DNA of 64,000 bases from Candidatus Woesearchaeota archaeon (lineage in GTDB: Archaea; Nanobdellota; Nanobdellia; Woesearchaeales; 21-14-0-10-32-9): contig JAIPET010000003.1 in the NCBI GenBank assembly GCA_021736975.1, positions 1,452-65,451 of the forward strand, read 5' to 3'. Every line of letters starts with the position of its first letter. The first letter of the stretch is position 1. The translations under genes were made by a program, and so were the position numbers. Of the stretch, positions 40,377-48,617 are shown one piece after another. Under the pieces are notes generated by a model, which searched no databases, was not told where the DNA came from, and saw only the letters and a program-made list of their open reading frames with translations.

Positions 40377-42860
40377 ATGATAAATAAAAAAGATAAATTA
40401 AACATAGTAAAAAAATCAAAGAAAAAAATATCTTACAGTATTTTTATATTTGTATTGCTAATAATTATTTCTATATCAATAAATGCACAAGTACCTCAAA
40501 CGATAAATATTGCTGGAAAAATATTAAAACAAGATTTATCTGGAGCAGAAAATGGACAAATAGTATATATTTATAATTTTAATGAGTTTATAACAGAAAT
40601 AACACAAGTATATGCTCCGCCAGTTCCTTCATTAAAAGGATCATATTCTGCAACAATTACAGGATCAATTGGAGATATAATAAGGGCAAGAGCATATAAT
40701 TATACACATTACGGGGAACTGAACAAAACAATTACAGATACAACAACAATTATGGGTGTGACTATGAATCAAACAAGAACTCCGGAAGCAAATATAAATA
40801 TAACATATCCTTTAAACAATTCTTTACAAAATACTTCGAGCTCATTTAATTTAACTGCTAATATAACTATGCTAGGAAATTCAGGAACAAATTGTCAAGC
40901 AACAATAATGATTCAAGACACAAATATACTAAATTTAAAATCAGGAGAATTACAAACAAATAATTTAGGTGCTTTTACATTAGGCCAAACAAAAAATACT
41001 ACATTTCAACTTGAAGTACTTACAGTTGGATTAACAACAATATCCGTAAATTCAACATGCTCAGAAAGTTTAACAAATTTTGAAAATTTAAATAATTACA
41101 CTATCTTCATATCAACACAAGATTTTTCAGAACCAATAATAACAATAATATCTCCGGATAATCAAACAGAAAATAGTTCTACGAATACAATAAATATAAA
41201 ATATAATGTTACAGATGATTCATTAATAACACAATGTAGATTATACATAAATGAAACGTTAAACAAAACAGAAAATTCAATAACAAAAGATATAGAACAA
41301 ATAATAACTACAACATTACCAAATGGAATTTATAATTATACAATAAGTTGTACGGATCAATATTCTAATATAGGTCAAAGCGAAACAAGAACAATAAACA
41401 TATCAGTACATTCTCCAGAAATAATAATTATGAGTCCAGATACAAATATAATGTTAAATGCTGGAAGTACAACAATAATAGAATGTAATGCGACCGCACA
41501 AGATCTAAATGGGAATACACAAATTCAAGGAATGAATATGACTTTATATAGTGAAACAACAAATCATTTAGCAGCAGATAATGAAAGAAATAAATATACA
41601 AACAATTCTTGTTTAGAAATATCTGCTTTTGGAAATCAAAAAAATTATAGTTGTACATTTGAATTAGAATATTATGCAATAAATGGTACTTGGACTTGCA
41701 ATGCAACAACAATAGATCAATATGGATATACAGGAGCAAATAATTCAAACTTAACAATTTATCCTTTATATGCAATAAACACATCGAAAACATTAATTGA
41801 TTATGGAGATGTTCAAGCAGGAAAAGAAACTTCAGAAGAAAATATAACTTTATACAATATTGGAAATCAACAAATATCAATAAATGCAAAAGGATATGGT
41901 GGAACTAATCCAATTACAGGAAATAATATGGCTATGATGTGTGATTTAGGACAAAACATATCTATTGAAAAACACAAATATGCAACAATACAAGGACAAT
42001 CATATTCTTCTAAAACATCTCTTTCATCAATAAATCAAGCAACAGGAATAACAATAAATAATCAAATAGCTCCAGGATTATTACCTGAACAAGATATGTA
42101 TTGGCAAATAAAAACAGATACTGGATCAGGAGTTCAATGTAATGGAACAATAGTATTGACTGCAACAATACAAAATACAGGCAATGTAAGAATAGAACCG
42201 ACAATAAACCTAAAAATATTTGATCAAGAAAAAAAAGAAATTGTTAAAGAAATAAAATACGCGTATACTTCTGAAATATTACCAACTTTAAGAGAAAGGA
42301 TAGAAGCACAATTAGATAATGAACTGCCAATAGGACAATACTGGGTAGAGATGTCTGCAGAAGAATGTAGTGGAACTGCAACAAAAACGTTTTCAGTACT
42401 TGATAAAGGAGGAATAAGTGATAAAGGAGAATTCTTAAGAATAGAAAACAAACCTTGGGCAGAAACACAAGAAACAATACCTATAATTGCATATTTTAAA
42501 AATTACGGCGATCGACAAGTTTCTGCACAATTTAAAGGAATAATAGAAAGTAATAACAAAATATTACAAACTGTAGAATCAGAAAAATTAATAGCATCAC
42601 CAGGACAAACAATAGAACTTCAAACTTTTTTCAAACCACAAATTCAAGGACAATATCAAGTAAAAGGAAAAATAATATATAATGACAAATTAACATTTGA
42701 AAAAGGAAGTATTATAAATGTAATCCAGACAACAGTAGGAACAAAAGAAAATGAAGATTTCTTATGGAGCATAATATTGAGTGTTATAATAATAATTATA
42801 GGTATTATGTTTTTTATGATATTAAATAAGAAAAAAAAACATAAAAAATTTAAGTACTAA
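40377..42860 (+). CDS. Bitopic surface protein sharing the giant-protein Ig-like Cys-pair module; C-terminal TM anchor (827 aa from the ATG; an upstream TTG at 40353 is possible)
   Basis: N-terminal TM ISYSIFIFVLLIIISISINA. Module EPIITIISPDNQTENSSTNTINIKYNVTDDSLITQCRLYINE...YNYTISCTDQYSNIGQSETRTINI matches the giant-protein module pattern. C-terminal FLWSIILSVIIIIIGIMFFMIL plus NKKKKHKKFKY. The TTG start lies 2 nt after the previous stop. Confidence 0.85.
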   Translation: MINKKDKLNIVKKSKKKISYSIFIFVLLIIISISINAQVPQTINIAGKILKQDLSGAENGQIVYIYNFNEFITEITQVYAPPVPSLKGSYSATITGSIGDIIRARAYNYTHYGELNKTITDTTTIMGVTMNQTRTPEANINITYPLNNSLQNTSSSFNLTANITMLGNSGTNCQATIMIQDTNILNLKSGELQTNNLGAFTLGQTKNTTFQLEVLTVGLTTISVNSTCSESLTNFENLNNYTIFISTQDFSEPIITIISPDNQTENSSTNTINIKYNVTDDSLITQCRLYINETLNKTENSITKDIEQIITTTLPNGIYNYTISCTDQYSNIGQSETRTINISVHSPEIIIMSPDTNIMLNAGSTTIIECNATAQDLNGNTQIQGMNMTLYSETTNHLAADNERNKYTNNSCLEISAFGNQKNYSCTFELEYYAINGTWTCNATTIDQYGYTGANNSNLTIYPLYAINTSKTLIDYGDVQAGKETSEENITLYNIGNQQISINAKGYGGTNPITGNNMAMMCDLGQNISIEKHKYATIQGQSYSSKTSLSSINQATGITINNQIAPGLLPEQDMYWQIKTDTGSGVQCNGTIVLTATIQNTGNVRIEPTINLKIFDQEKKEIVKEIKYAYTSEILPTLRERIEAQLDNELPIGQYWVEMSAEECSGTATKTFSVLDKGGISDKGEFLRIENKPWAETQETIPIIAYFKNYGDRQVSAQFKGIIESNNKILQTVESEKLIASPGQTIELQTFFKPQIQGQYQVKGKIIYNDKLTFEKGSIINVIQTTVGTKENEDFLWSIILSVIIIIIGIMFFMILNKKKKHKKFKY

Positions 42861-42881
42861 AAATAAAAAAAGAGAATAAGG

Positions 42882-43283
42882 ATGAAAAAAACAATAATTT
42901 TAATAATGATTTTAATATTGATATTTTTAGCAGGCTGCACATCAACAAAATACATTTGTTATAATGGTCTTGAAACAAAAAATATCAAAGAATGTACTGT
43001 ATATCCAACCATAACACTAAATGAAATAAAAGCATCAAGAGCCGTAGACAATTACGGAAGAGGATATGTCGTAGGAAAAGATATAACTTTTACACGAGTA
43101 AATACGTATGTTCAAGGAGGAGATTGGTATTCAGATGTATTATTCTCAGAAAGAAATACAGGATCTGTTGCGGAAGTAAAACTTAAAATAGATGGAAGAA
43201 CATCATCTATAACTTGCATAGATGGATGCGAAGCAATAGGAATACAAACACCAACAGATAATGAAACTATAAAAAAAGATTGA
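42882..43283 (+). CDS. Small secreted lipoprotein-like protein (133 aa)
   Basis: N-terminus MKKTIILIMILILIFLAGC has a lipobox-like LAGC. The mature part has 3 further Cys. GAGAATAAGG lies upstream of the ATG. Confidence 0.7.
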   Translation: MKKTIILIMILILIFLAGCTSTKYICYNGLETKNIKECTVYPTITLNEIKASRAVDNYGRGYVVGKDITFTRVNTYVQGGDWYSDVLFSERNTGSVAEVKLKIDGRTSSITCIDGCEAIGIQTPTDNETIKKD

Positions 43284-43356
43284 ATTAAGATTATGTGTTT
43301 TTTTATATTATATTTATAAATTACATTTAACAAATTCTGAATAAGATAAATATTAA

Positions 43357-43508
43357 GCCTAATATGAAACCCTCTGATTGTCTTGAAGTAAATTTGAAAT
43401 ATTTACATTTTACGTTAGTAAAATAGATATAAATATTAGTTATTTCTTTTTGGCAGAGTCAAAAATATGTCTTCACAATACAAAAAATTAAATGGTTTCA
43501 TATTAGCC
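43357..43508. mobile_element. MITE-like non-autonomous element, copy 1 (152 bp)
   Basis: Terminal inverted repeats GCCTAATATGAAACC (left) and GGTTTCATATTAGCC (right), 14/15 complementary. Flanked by 9-bp direct repeats AAATATTAA (43348-43356) and AAATATTAC (43509-43517), 8/9 identical. No coding capacity. Roughly 90% identical to 60448-60599. Confidence 0.7.
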
Positions 43509-43523
43509 AAATATTACGTAAAC

Positions 43524-43531
43524 TATATAAA
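43524..43531 (+). promoter_or_regulatory. Candidate archaeal TATA box for a leaderless sec61-beta transcript
   Basis: TATATAAA is centred about 27 nt upstream of the ATG at 43554, with no SD-like motif in between. Inference from the usual TATA-to-start spacing in archaea. Confidence 0.3.
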
Positions 43532-43553
43532 TTAATCATCATTTTCTAATAAT

Positions 43554-43715
43554 ATGTCAAAAGATAACCGAATAAATATGCCGAGCTCTGGAGCAGGACT
43601 AACAAAATACTTTTCTGATTACCAATCAAAAGTATTGATAACTCCACAAACAACATTATTTGCAATAATGTTCGTAGTATTATTAGTATTAATAGTCTCA
43701 GGCAAAATATTCTAA
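43554..43715 (+). CDS. Preprotein translocase Sec61-beta-type subunit (53 aa); not in the supplied ORF track
   Basis: Translation: MSKDNRINMPSSGAGLTKYFSDYQSKVLITPQTTLFAIMFVVLLVLIVSGKIF. It carries the family-typical P-SSGAGL-x-(K/R)-Y(F/Y) motif followed by a single C-terminal TM helix. Confidence 0.7.
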   Translation: MSKDNRINMPSSGAGLTKYFSDYQSKVLITPQTTLFAIMFVVLLVLIVSGKIF

Positions 43716-43732
43716 TTAAAGGTGAATAAAAA

Positions 43733-44071
43733 ATGATTCCTGGAATGAACCCAAGACAAATGCAACAAGCAATGAAAAGAATGGGAATTAAACAAATAGA
43801 TTTTGAAGCAATAGAAGTAATAATAAGAACTCCAGAAAAAGAAATAGTAATATCAGATCCATCAATACAAAAAGTAAACATGATGGGAAATTGGTCCTAT
43901 CAAATATCAGGCGAAGAAACAGAAAGATCATTAAATACAACTCCAGAAATCAATGAAGAAGACATAAAAACAGTTATGCAACAAGCAAATTGCACAGAAG
44001 AACAAGCAAAACAAGCAATAGAAGAATCAAAAGGCGATTTAGCAGAAGCAATAATGAAACTTTCTGAATAA
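43733..44071 (+). CDS. nac: Nascent polypeptide-associated complex protein (archaeal NAC, NAC plus UBA-like domains)
   Basis: MIPGMNPRQMQQAMKRMGIKQIDFEAIEVIIRT...IQKVNMMGNWSYQISG... with a C-terminal EEDIKTVMQQANCTEEQAKQAIEESKGDLAEAIMKL (UBA-like). AGGTGA lies 9 nt upstream of the ATG. Confidence 0.9.
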   Translation: MIPGMNPRQMQQAMKRMGIKQIDFEAIEVIIRTPEKEIVISDPSIQKVNMMGNWSYQISGEETERSLNTTPEINEEDIKTVMQQANCTEEQAKQAIEESKGDLAEAIMKLSE

Positions 44072-44130
44072 AATAAGCTATTCTTAATAATAAATTTTAA
44101 ATACTTAACCACTACATAATTGATATTAAG

Positions 44131-44796
44131 ATGAAAAAAGAACACATATATTTTTTAGGCGGATTTTTAATTGCAATAGTTATAATAGGAATAATATATG
44201 GTATTGCAAGTCCTTCAATAACAGGAGGCGTAACTGCAACAATAAATGATAAAAATTTAGATAATAATATTCAAAATTCAGAAAATATAGGTCAAAATAT
44301 TAAAAAAGATTCTCAAAACGCAATTATAACTGAACAAAATAATGAAAATACAATACCTTTAACAAAAGAACAAAATCTTATAAACTTAATTTTAAAATTA
44401 AGAGAATCATCTAACAAAAAAGATATAATACAAATTGCAGAATATTATAATGAAATAAATTTACAACTAAAAGGCACAGAAGTATCAAACAAATGGAATG
44501 AAATAACAGCATGCGTATATGAAACATGCGAAGACGAAAAATATACGGCTTTAATAGATAGTGTCGCATCAAAAGAATTAACAAATGAAAAAAATCAAAA
44601 AATACACAATTTAATACAAACATACTATTTATGGAATGGAAAAAATGAAGAATTATTCTCAGAAAGCCTAACACAAACAAATAAACAACTAAATACTGGA
44701 AATACAAAAGAATTATGGGAAAAAATAATATCTTGCAATGGTTGTGAAAAACTTCCAGAACTTATTTTACAAACAACACAAAAAATAGTAAACTAG
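44131..44796 (+). CDS. Hypothetical membrane-anchored protein (N-terminal TM, extracytoplasmic helical domain with two Cys pairs)
   Basis: TM segment IYFLGGFLIAIVIIGIIYGIA; Cys pairs ACVYETC and CNGC. No family recognised. Confidence 0.6.
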   Translation: MKKEHIYFLGGFLIAIVIIGIIYGIASPSITGGVTATINDKNLDNNIQNSENIGQNIKKDSQNAIITEQNNENTIPLTKEQNLINLILKLRESSNKKDIIQIAEYYNEINLQLKGTEVSNKWNEITACVYETCEDEKYTALIDSVASKELTNEKNQKIHNLIQTYYLWNGKNEELFSESLTQTNKQLNTGNTKELWEKIISCNGCEKLPELILQTTQKIVN

Positions 44797-44834
44797 ACAA
44801 GATTTATATAAATAATATACATTACTAATTAGAA

Positions 44835-45320
44835 ATGGAACGCTTTCAAGAATTAAGAGAAAAAGCAAAACAAGATATACGAAAAGCAGATCACTTGTTA
44901 ACAACAACATATTCTCTCATACAAGAACCAAAAATATTACTCTCAGTAGCTAACAACTTATTTATAGCATTAGAAAATACTATGACTGCGCTTTTAGAAT
45001 ATGAAAGAACATTCAAAAGAATTCCTGCATTTAGTGAAAGTTTTGATTTAAAATTCACACTTTACAAAAATAAATTAGAACCAAAATATAATTTAAACAA
45101 AGATTTTTCAAGAATGTTACAAGATTTAAATGAAATAGTGAAAGCACACGGAAAAAGTCCGATAGAATTTTCAAGAAAAGATAAATACGTAATATGTTCA
45201 GATTCATACGAAGTAAGAACATTATCACAACAAGACCTAAAAAGAATGCTAAGCAAAGCAAAAGTTTTTATAGAACTTATAAATAATATAACAAAAGAAA
45301 ATGATAGAATCTTTAAATGA
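44835..45320 (+). CDS. Hypothetical protein (161 aa), paralogue of the next gene
   Basis: Shares AK(Q/E)(D/E)(I/M)(R/K)(K/R)xDHL... and a C-terminal EF(S/R)R... pattern with 45301-45768. No family recognised. Confidence 0.6.
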   Translation: MERFQELREKAKQDIRKADHLLTTTYSLIQEPKILLSVANNLFIALENTMTALLEYERTFKRIPAFSESFDLKFTLYKNKLEPKYNLNKDFSRMLQDLNEIVKAHGKSPIEFSRKDKYVICSDSYEVRTLSQQDLKRMLSKAKVFIELINNITKENDRIFK

Positions 45321-45768
45321 TGCAAAAGAAGAAATGAAAAGAGTAGATCATTTGATTTATGTCTCCTTAAAATATACGAGAACAGTAGATGTATTGAAAA
45401 ATGCACTAAACAGAATGATAGATGCATATGACTTTATTTTTGAAGCCCTATTAAGAAAAGCAATGGAAGAAGAAAAAATAGAAGAAATACCAACAACACC
45501 TATAGAGCGAGGAAACAAAATAAAAGATTTATACGAAGAAGATCAACAAATAATAGACAACGTAGAACTATTTTTTCTAATAAGAAAAATTTGGAGAGCA
45601 CCAAATCCAGAAAAAGAACAAGAATTCCGAAGACACGTAACCATGAGAGTAATGGTTGATGGAAGAGAAGAATTAGTAAACATAGATATAATAACACAAT
45701 ACTATCACTTCCAACTAGAATTTATAAGAAGAATAGAATCATTGCTAAATGCAGAACAAGAAGACTAA
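45301..45768 (+). CDS. Hypothetical protein (155 aa), paralogue of the previous gene
   Basis: Overlaps the previous ORF by 20 nt. Shares the same N-terminal motif (AKEEMKRVDHLIYVSLKY). Confidence 0.6.
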   Translation: MIESLNDAKEEMKRVDHLIYVSLKYTRTVDVLKNALNRMIDAYDFIFEALLRKAMEEEKIEEIPTTPIERGNKIKDLYEEDQQIIDNVELFFLIRKIWRAPNPEKEQEFRRHVTMRVMVDGREELVNIDIITQYYHFQLEFIRRIESLLNAEQED

Positions 45769-45789
45769 ATAAATTTATCATCAAAGTCC

Positions 45790-46521
45790 TTATGGATTAA
45801 ATAAACTCTTAACATGAACATTTTCTTTTCTAAAAACATGATAAAACAAATCAACAGCATCTATAAATTTCATATTAACAGAAATCATACCATGACCACC
45901 TGAAAAATTAACATAATCATGATTTTTAGCATGAAAATTATAAGAATCTTGATCAACAATTATTTGATCATTTATTTCTTTATTTTCTCTTAAGAAAAAA
46001 GGACCCATAGATCCAGTATTTATAGTATTAGAAAGACTTTCTTCTGCTCTTTTACTAGCACTTAAAATATCTTTTGTCCCTGTGATTTTTTTCAAAACAG
46101 ATCTAGGAACTTTTTGTCTTTGAGAATCTCTTGTAAAAACTAAAAAATTATTGTCATTAGTTTTATTCTGATAAGCTAAAGTAATAACAATATTTTCTTC
46201 AGCATAACCAATATTTGTTTTTTCATAAGAAGGCTTATGAATTCTAATTTCAAAAGGGTGTTTATACGTACTTAAAATATTATGATCCAAATAATCAGCT
46301 ATTTTAGGATTTAACAAATGTTTAGACATACCATTATAAGGAACTACTATTCCTTTATTATTTAATTTAGAATCTAAATCTTTAGAATTTAAACTAGAAG
46401 ATGCAGCACTAACCAAAGAAGAAAAAATAGATACTAAATATTGTGAATGATTTAAATTCTCCAATTCTAACTGATTTACAAAATCAACAGCAACTTCATT
46501 AATAACTCTATCTATATTCAT
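45790..46521 (-). CDS. Hypothetical protein (243 aa)
   Basis: Long ORF with non-shadow composition and no TM segments. No motif recognised. Confidence 0.55.
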   Translation of the reverse strand: MNIDRVINEVAVDFVNQLELENLNHSQYLVSIFSSLVSAASSSLNSKDLDSKLNNKGIVVPYNGMSKHLLNPKIADYLDHNILSTYKHPFEIRIHKPSYEKTNIGYAEENIVITLAYQNKTNDNNFLVFTRDSQRQKVPRSVLKKITGTKDILSASKRAEESLSNTINTGSMGPFFLRENKEINDQIIVDQDSYNFHAKNHDYVNFSGGHGMISVNMKFIDAVDLFYHVFRKENVHVKSLFNP

Positions 46522-46631
46522 TAAAAAATAAGAATTTCAATTCATTTTTAAAATTTACCACTTTAAGATGGTTTTCAATTTTTAAAAAATAAAGCAAAAA
46601 ATTAAAAAGCAACAACAGTATTAACAAAGAT

Positions 46632-47348
46632 ATGGCTAAATTCATATGTGTAATGAGTGGAAAAGGAGGAGTTGGAAAAACAACAACTGCAACAAATTTA
46701 GGCCTTGCAATACAAAAAATCGGAGAAGACGTAATAGTTCTAGATGGAAATCTAAGTTCACCAAACCTATCTTTACACCTAGGAAATACATATTTTCCAG
46801 TAACAATACACGATGTTATGCAAAACATACACCACATAAGCAAAGCAATTTATAATCATCATACAAATCTAAAAATAATACCCGCAGAACTAGGAATAGA
46901 TGCAATGAAACTAGTAGACTTTAATAAACTAGAAAAAAATTTGCAAGACTTACACTTAATGACAAAATATCTAATAATAGACGGTTCACCAGGACTAGGC
47001 AGAGAAAGCACACAACTAATAAATATTTCAGATGAAATATTAGTAGTAACAAACCAAGACACACCAAGTTTAGTAGACGCAAAAAGACTAATAAACATGG
47101 TAAAAAGACAAGGAAAAACAATAACAGGAGTAATAATAACAAAATACAAAAAAAGAAAATATAGATTATCAAAAGACGAAATATCAGAATTTCTAGAAGT
47201 GCCTATACTAGCAACAATAAAAGAAGACAAAAGATTTGAAAAAACAATAAACAAAAAAACACCATATATACACTTATATCCAAAAGCAAAAGCAAGCCAA
47301 GGATACTACAAAATCGCAGAAGCAATAACAGGCAGGACTCATTACTAA
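46632..47348 (+). CDS. MinD/ParA-family P-loop ATPase (archaeal MinD-like)
   Basis: Deviant Walker A VMSGKGGVGKTTTATNLG; DGSPGLG (Walker B region); length and layout typical of the family. Confidence 0.85.
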   Translation: MAKFICVMSGKGGVGKTTTATNLGLAIQKIGEDVIVLDGNLSSPNLSLHLGNTYFPVTIHDVMQNIHHISKAIYNHHTNLKIIPAELGIDAMKLVDFNKLEKNLQDLHLMTKYLIIDGSPGLGRESTQLINISDEILVVTNQDTPSLVDAKRLINMVKRQGKTITGVIITKYKKRKYRLSKDEISEFLEVPILATIKEDKRFEKTINKKTPYIHLYPKAKASQGYYKIAEAITGRTHY

Positions 47349-47349
47349 T

Positions 47350-48522
47350 TCAAACAAATTCTTTTAAAACAACCACTTTAGAAATAGTAAATATACCCGC
47401 AATAAGAATGATGCTTCCTAATAGTATATATATAGCTGGAATTCCTATTTTTTCGACAATAATTGATAAACAAAAAGCAAAAAAAATTTGAACAAGTCTA
47501 GCAGAAAAACTTTCTATTGAAGAAATAGTTGCTCTAAATTTAGAAGAAATATTTTTATGAAATAAAGGACTAGTAATTGGTCTTGAATACCCTGCTGCAA
47601 TAGATTCAAATAAAATTAAAAAACCAAAAATATAAACAGGAAAAATTCCCACAAAAATATAAGAAAGACCTATAATTATCGGAGAACAAAATAATAAATA
47701 TTTTTTTCCAAACCTATTAACCAATGCAGGAGACAAATGAGCAAATAAACCTGCAAAAAACAACATCACAGCAAACATAATTCCCGCAAATTGAGTAGAA
47801 AAACCAATTTCTTTTAAAAATAAAGGATGATATCTAAAAATAGCAGAAACAAGACTTAAAATAGATGTAAAAAAGAACAAATACTTAGTAATTTTTTTTG
47901 AAAAAATTTCTTTAAAAGCTAATTTAATTTGAACATAATTTGTTTCAATAATTTTATGTTTTTTAGGTTCAACTAAAAATAAAGCTAAAATGATCATAAT
48001 AATACAAATAACTCCACTAATTAAAAAAAGAGCTCTTAAATTAATTTCCGCAATAAAACTTGCTATAATTGTTGAAATAGTTGCGCCATACAACGCATAA
48101 GCATAAGATTTAGAAGCAAATTCACTAAATTTATGTTCCAAATTCAAATCTTTATAAGTGTCAAAAACTAAAGCAACATCAGACCCAGATCTAAACGCAA
48201 TTTTAATGCCAAAGAAAAAAGCGGCGACTAACATCATAAAAAAAGAAGAAAACCAAAACATAATTAAAACACTAATTAATAAGCAAAAATATGAAAATAA
48301 AAGAGAATATTTCTTGCCTACTCTATCTGCAAAAACACCAGAAGGCACTTCAAATAAAATAGTAATAAAAGCAACTAAACCCCAAATTAATCCCTGCTCA
48401 AAAGCAGAAAATGACAAAGCAGAAAAAAATATGAAATAAAAACCCTGCCAAAGTAAAGAAACATGATCAAGAACATACAAAATGTATATAATAGAAATGT
48501 TTCTGCTTATAAAATTCTTCAT
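47350..48522 (-). CDS. MFS-type transporter
   Basis: About 12 hydrophobic segments. MFS loop 2-3 motif GVFADRVGKKYS. Confidence 0.75.
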   Translation of the reverse strand: MKNFISRNISIIYILYVLDHVSLLWQGFYFIFFSALSFSAFEQGLIWGLVAFITILFEVPSGVFADRVGKKYSLLFSYFCLLISVLIMFWFSSFFMMLVAAFFFGIKIAFRSGSDVALVFDTYKDLNLEHKFSEFASKSYAYALYGATISTIIASFIAEINLRALFLISGVICIIMIILALFLVEPKKHKIIETNYVQIKLAFKEIFSKKITKYLFFFTSILSLVSAIFRYHPLFLKEIGFSTQFAGIMFAVMLFFAGLFAHLSPALVNRFGKKYLLFCSPIIIGLSYIFVGIFPVYIFGFLILFESIAAGYSRPITSPLFHKNISSKFRATISSIESFSARLVQIFFAFCLSIIVEKIGIPAIYILLGSIILIAGIFTISKVVVLKEFV

Positions 48523-48617
48523 ATATAGATATAAATTAATAGAATTATAAATATTTCTTTAATTAAAGAAGTAAAATAATACAAAACAATTAAAATAACA
48601 ACTAATTTCTTATACAT

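Noticed and set aside
44835-45768. HEPN-domain (Rx4-6H) call for the paralogous pair.
   Set aside because: The only candidate motifs are RKADH and KRVDH, whose spacing is too short. No partner nucleotidyltransferase (MNT) gene is adjacent.
46508-46855. 111-aa minus-strand and 69-aa plus-strand ORFs overlapping the start of the MinD-like gene.
   Set aside because: They are out-of-frame or antisense shadows of a gene with a clear Walker A motif, and have no motifs of their own.
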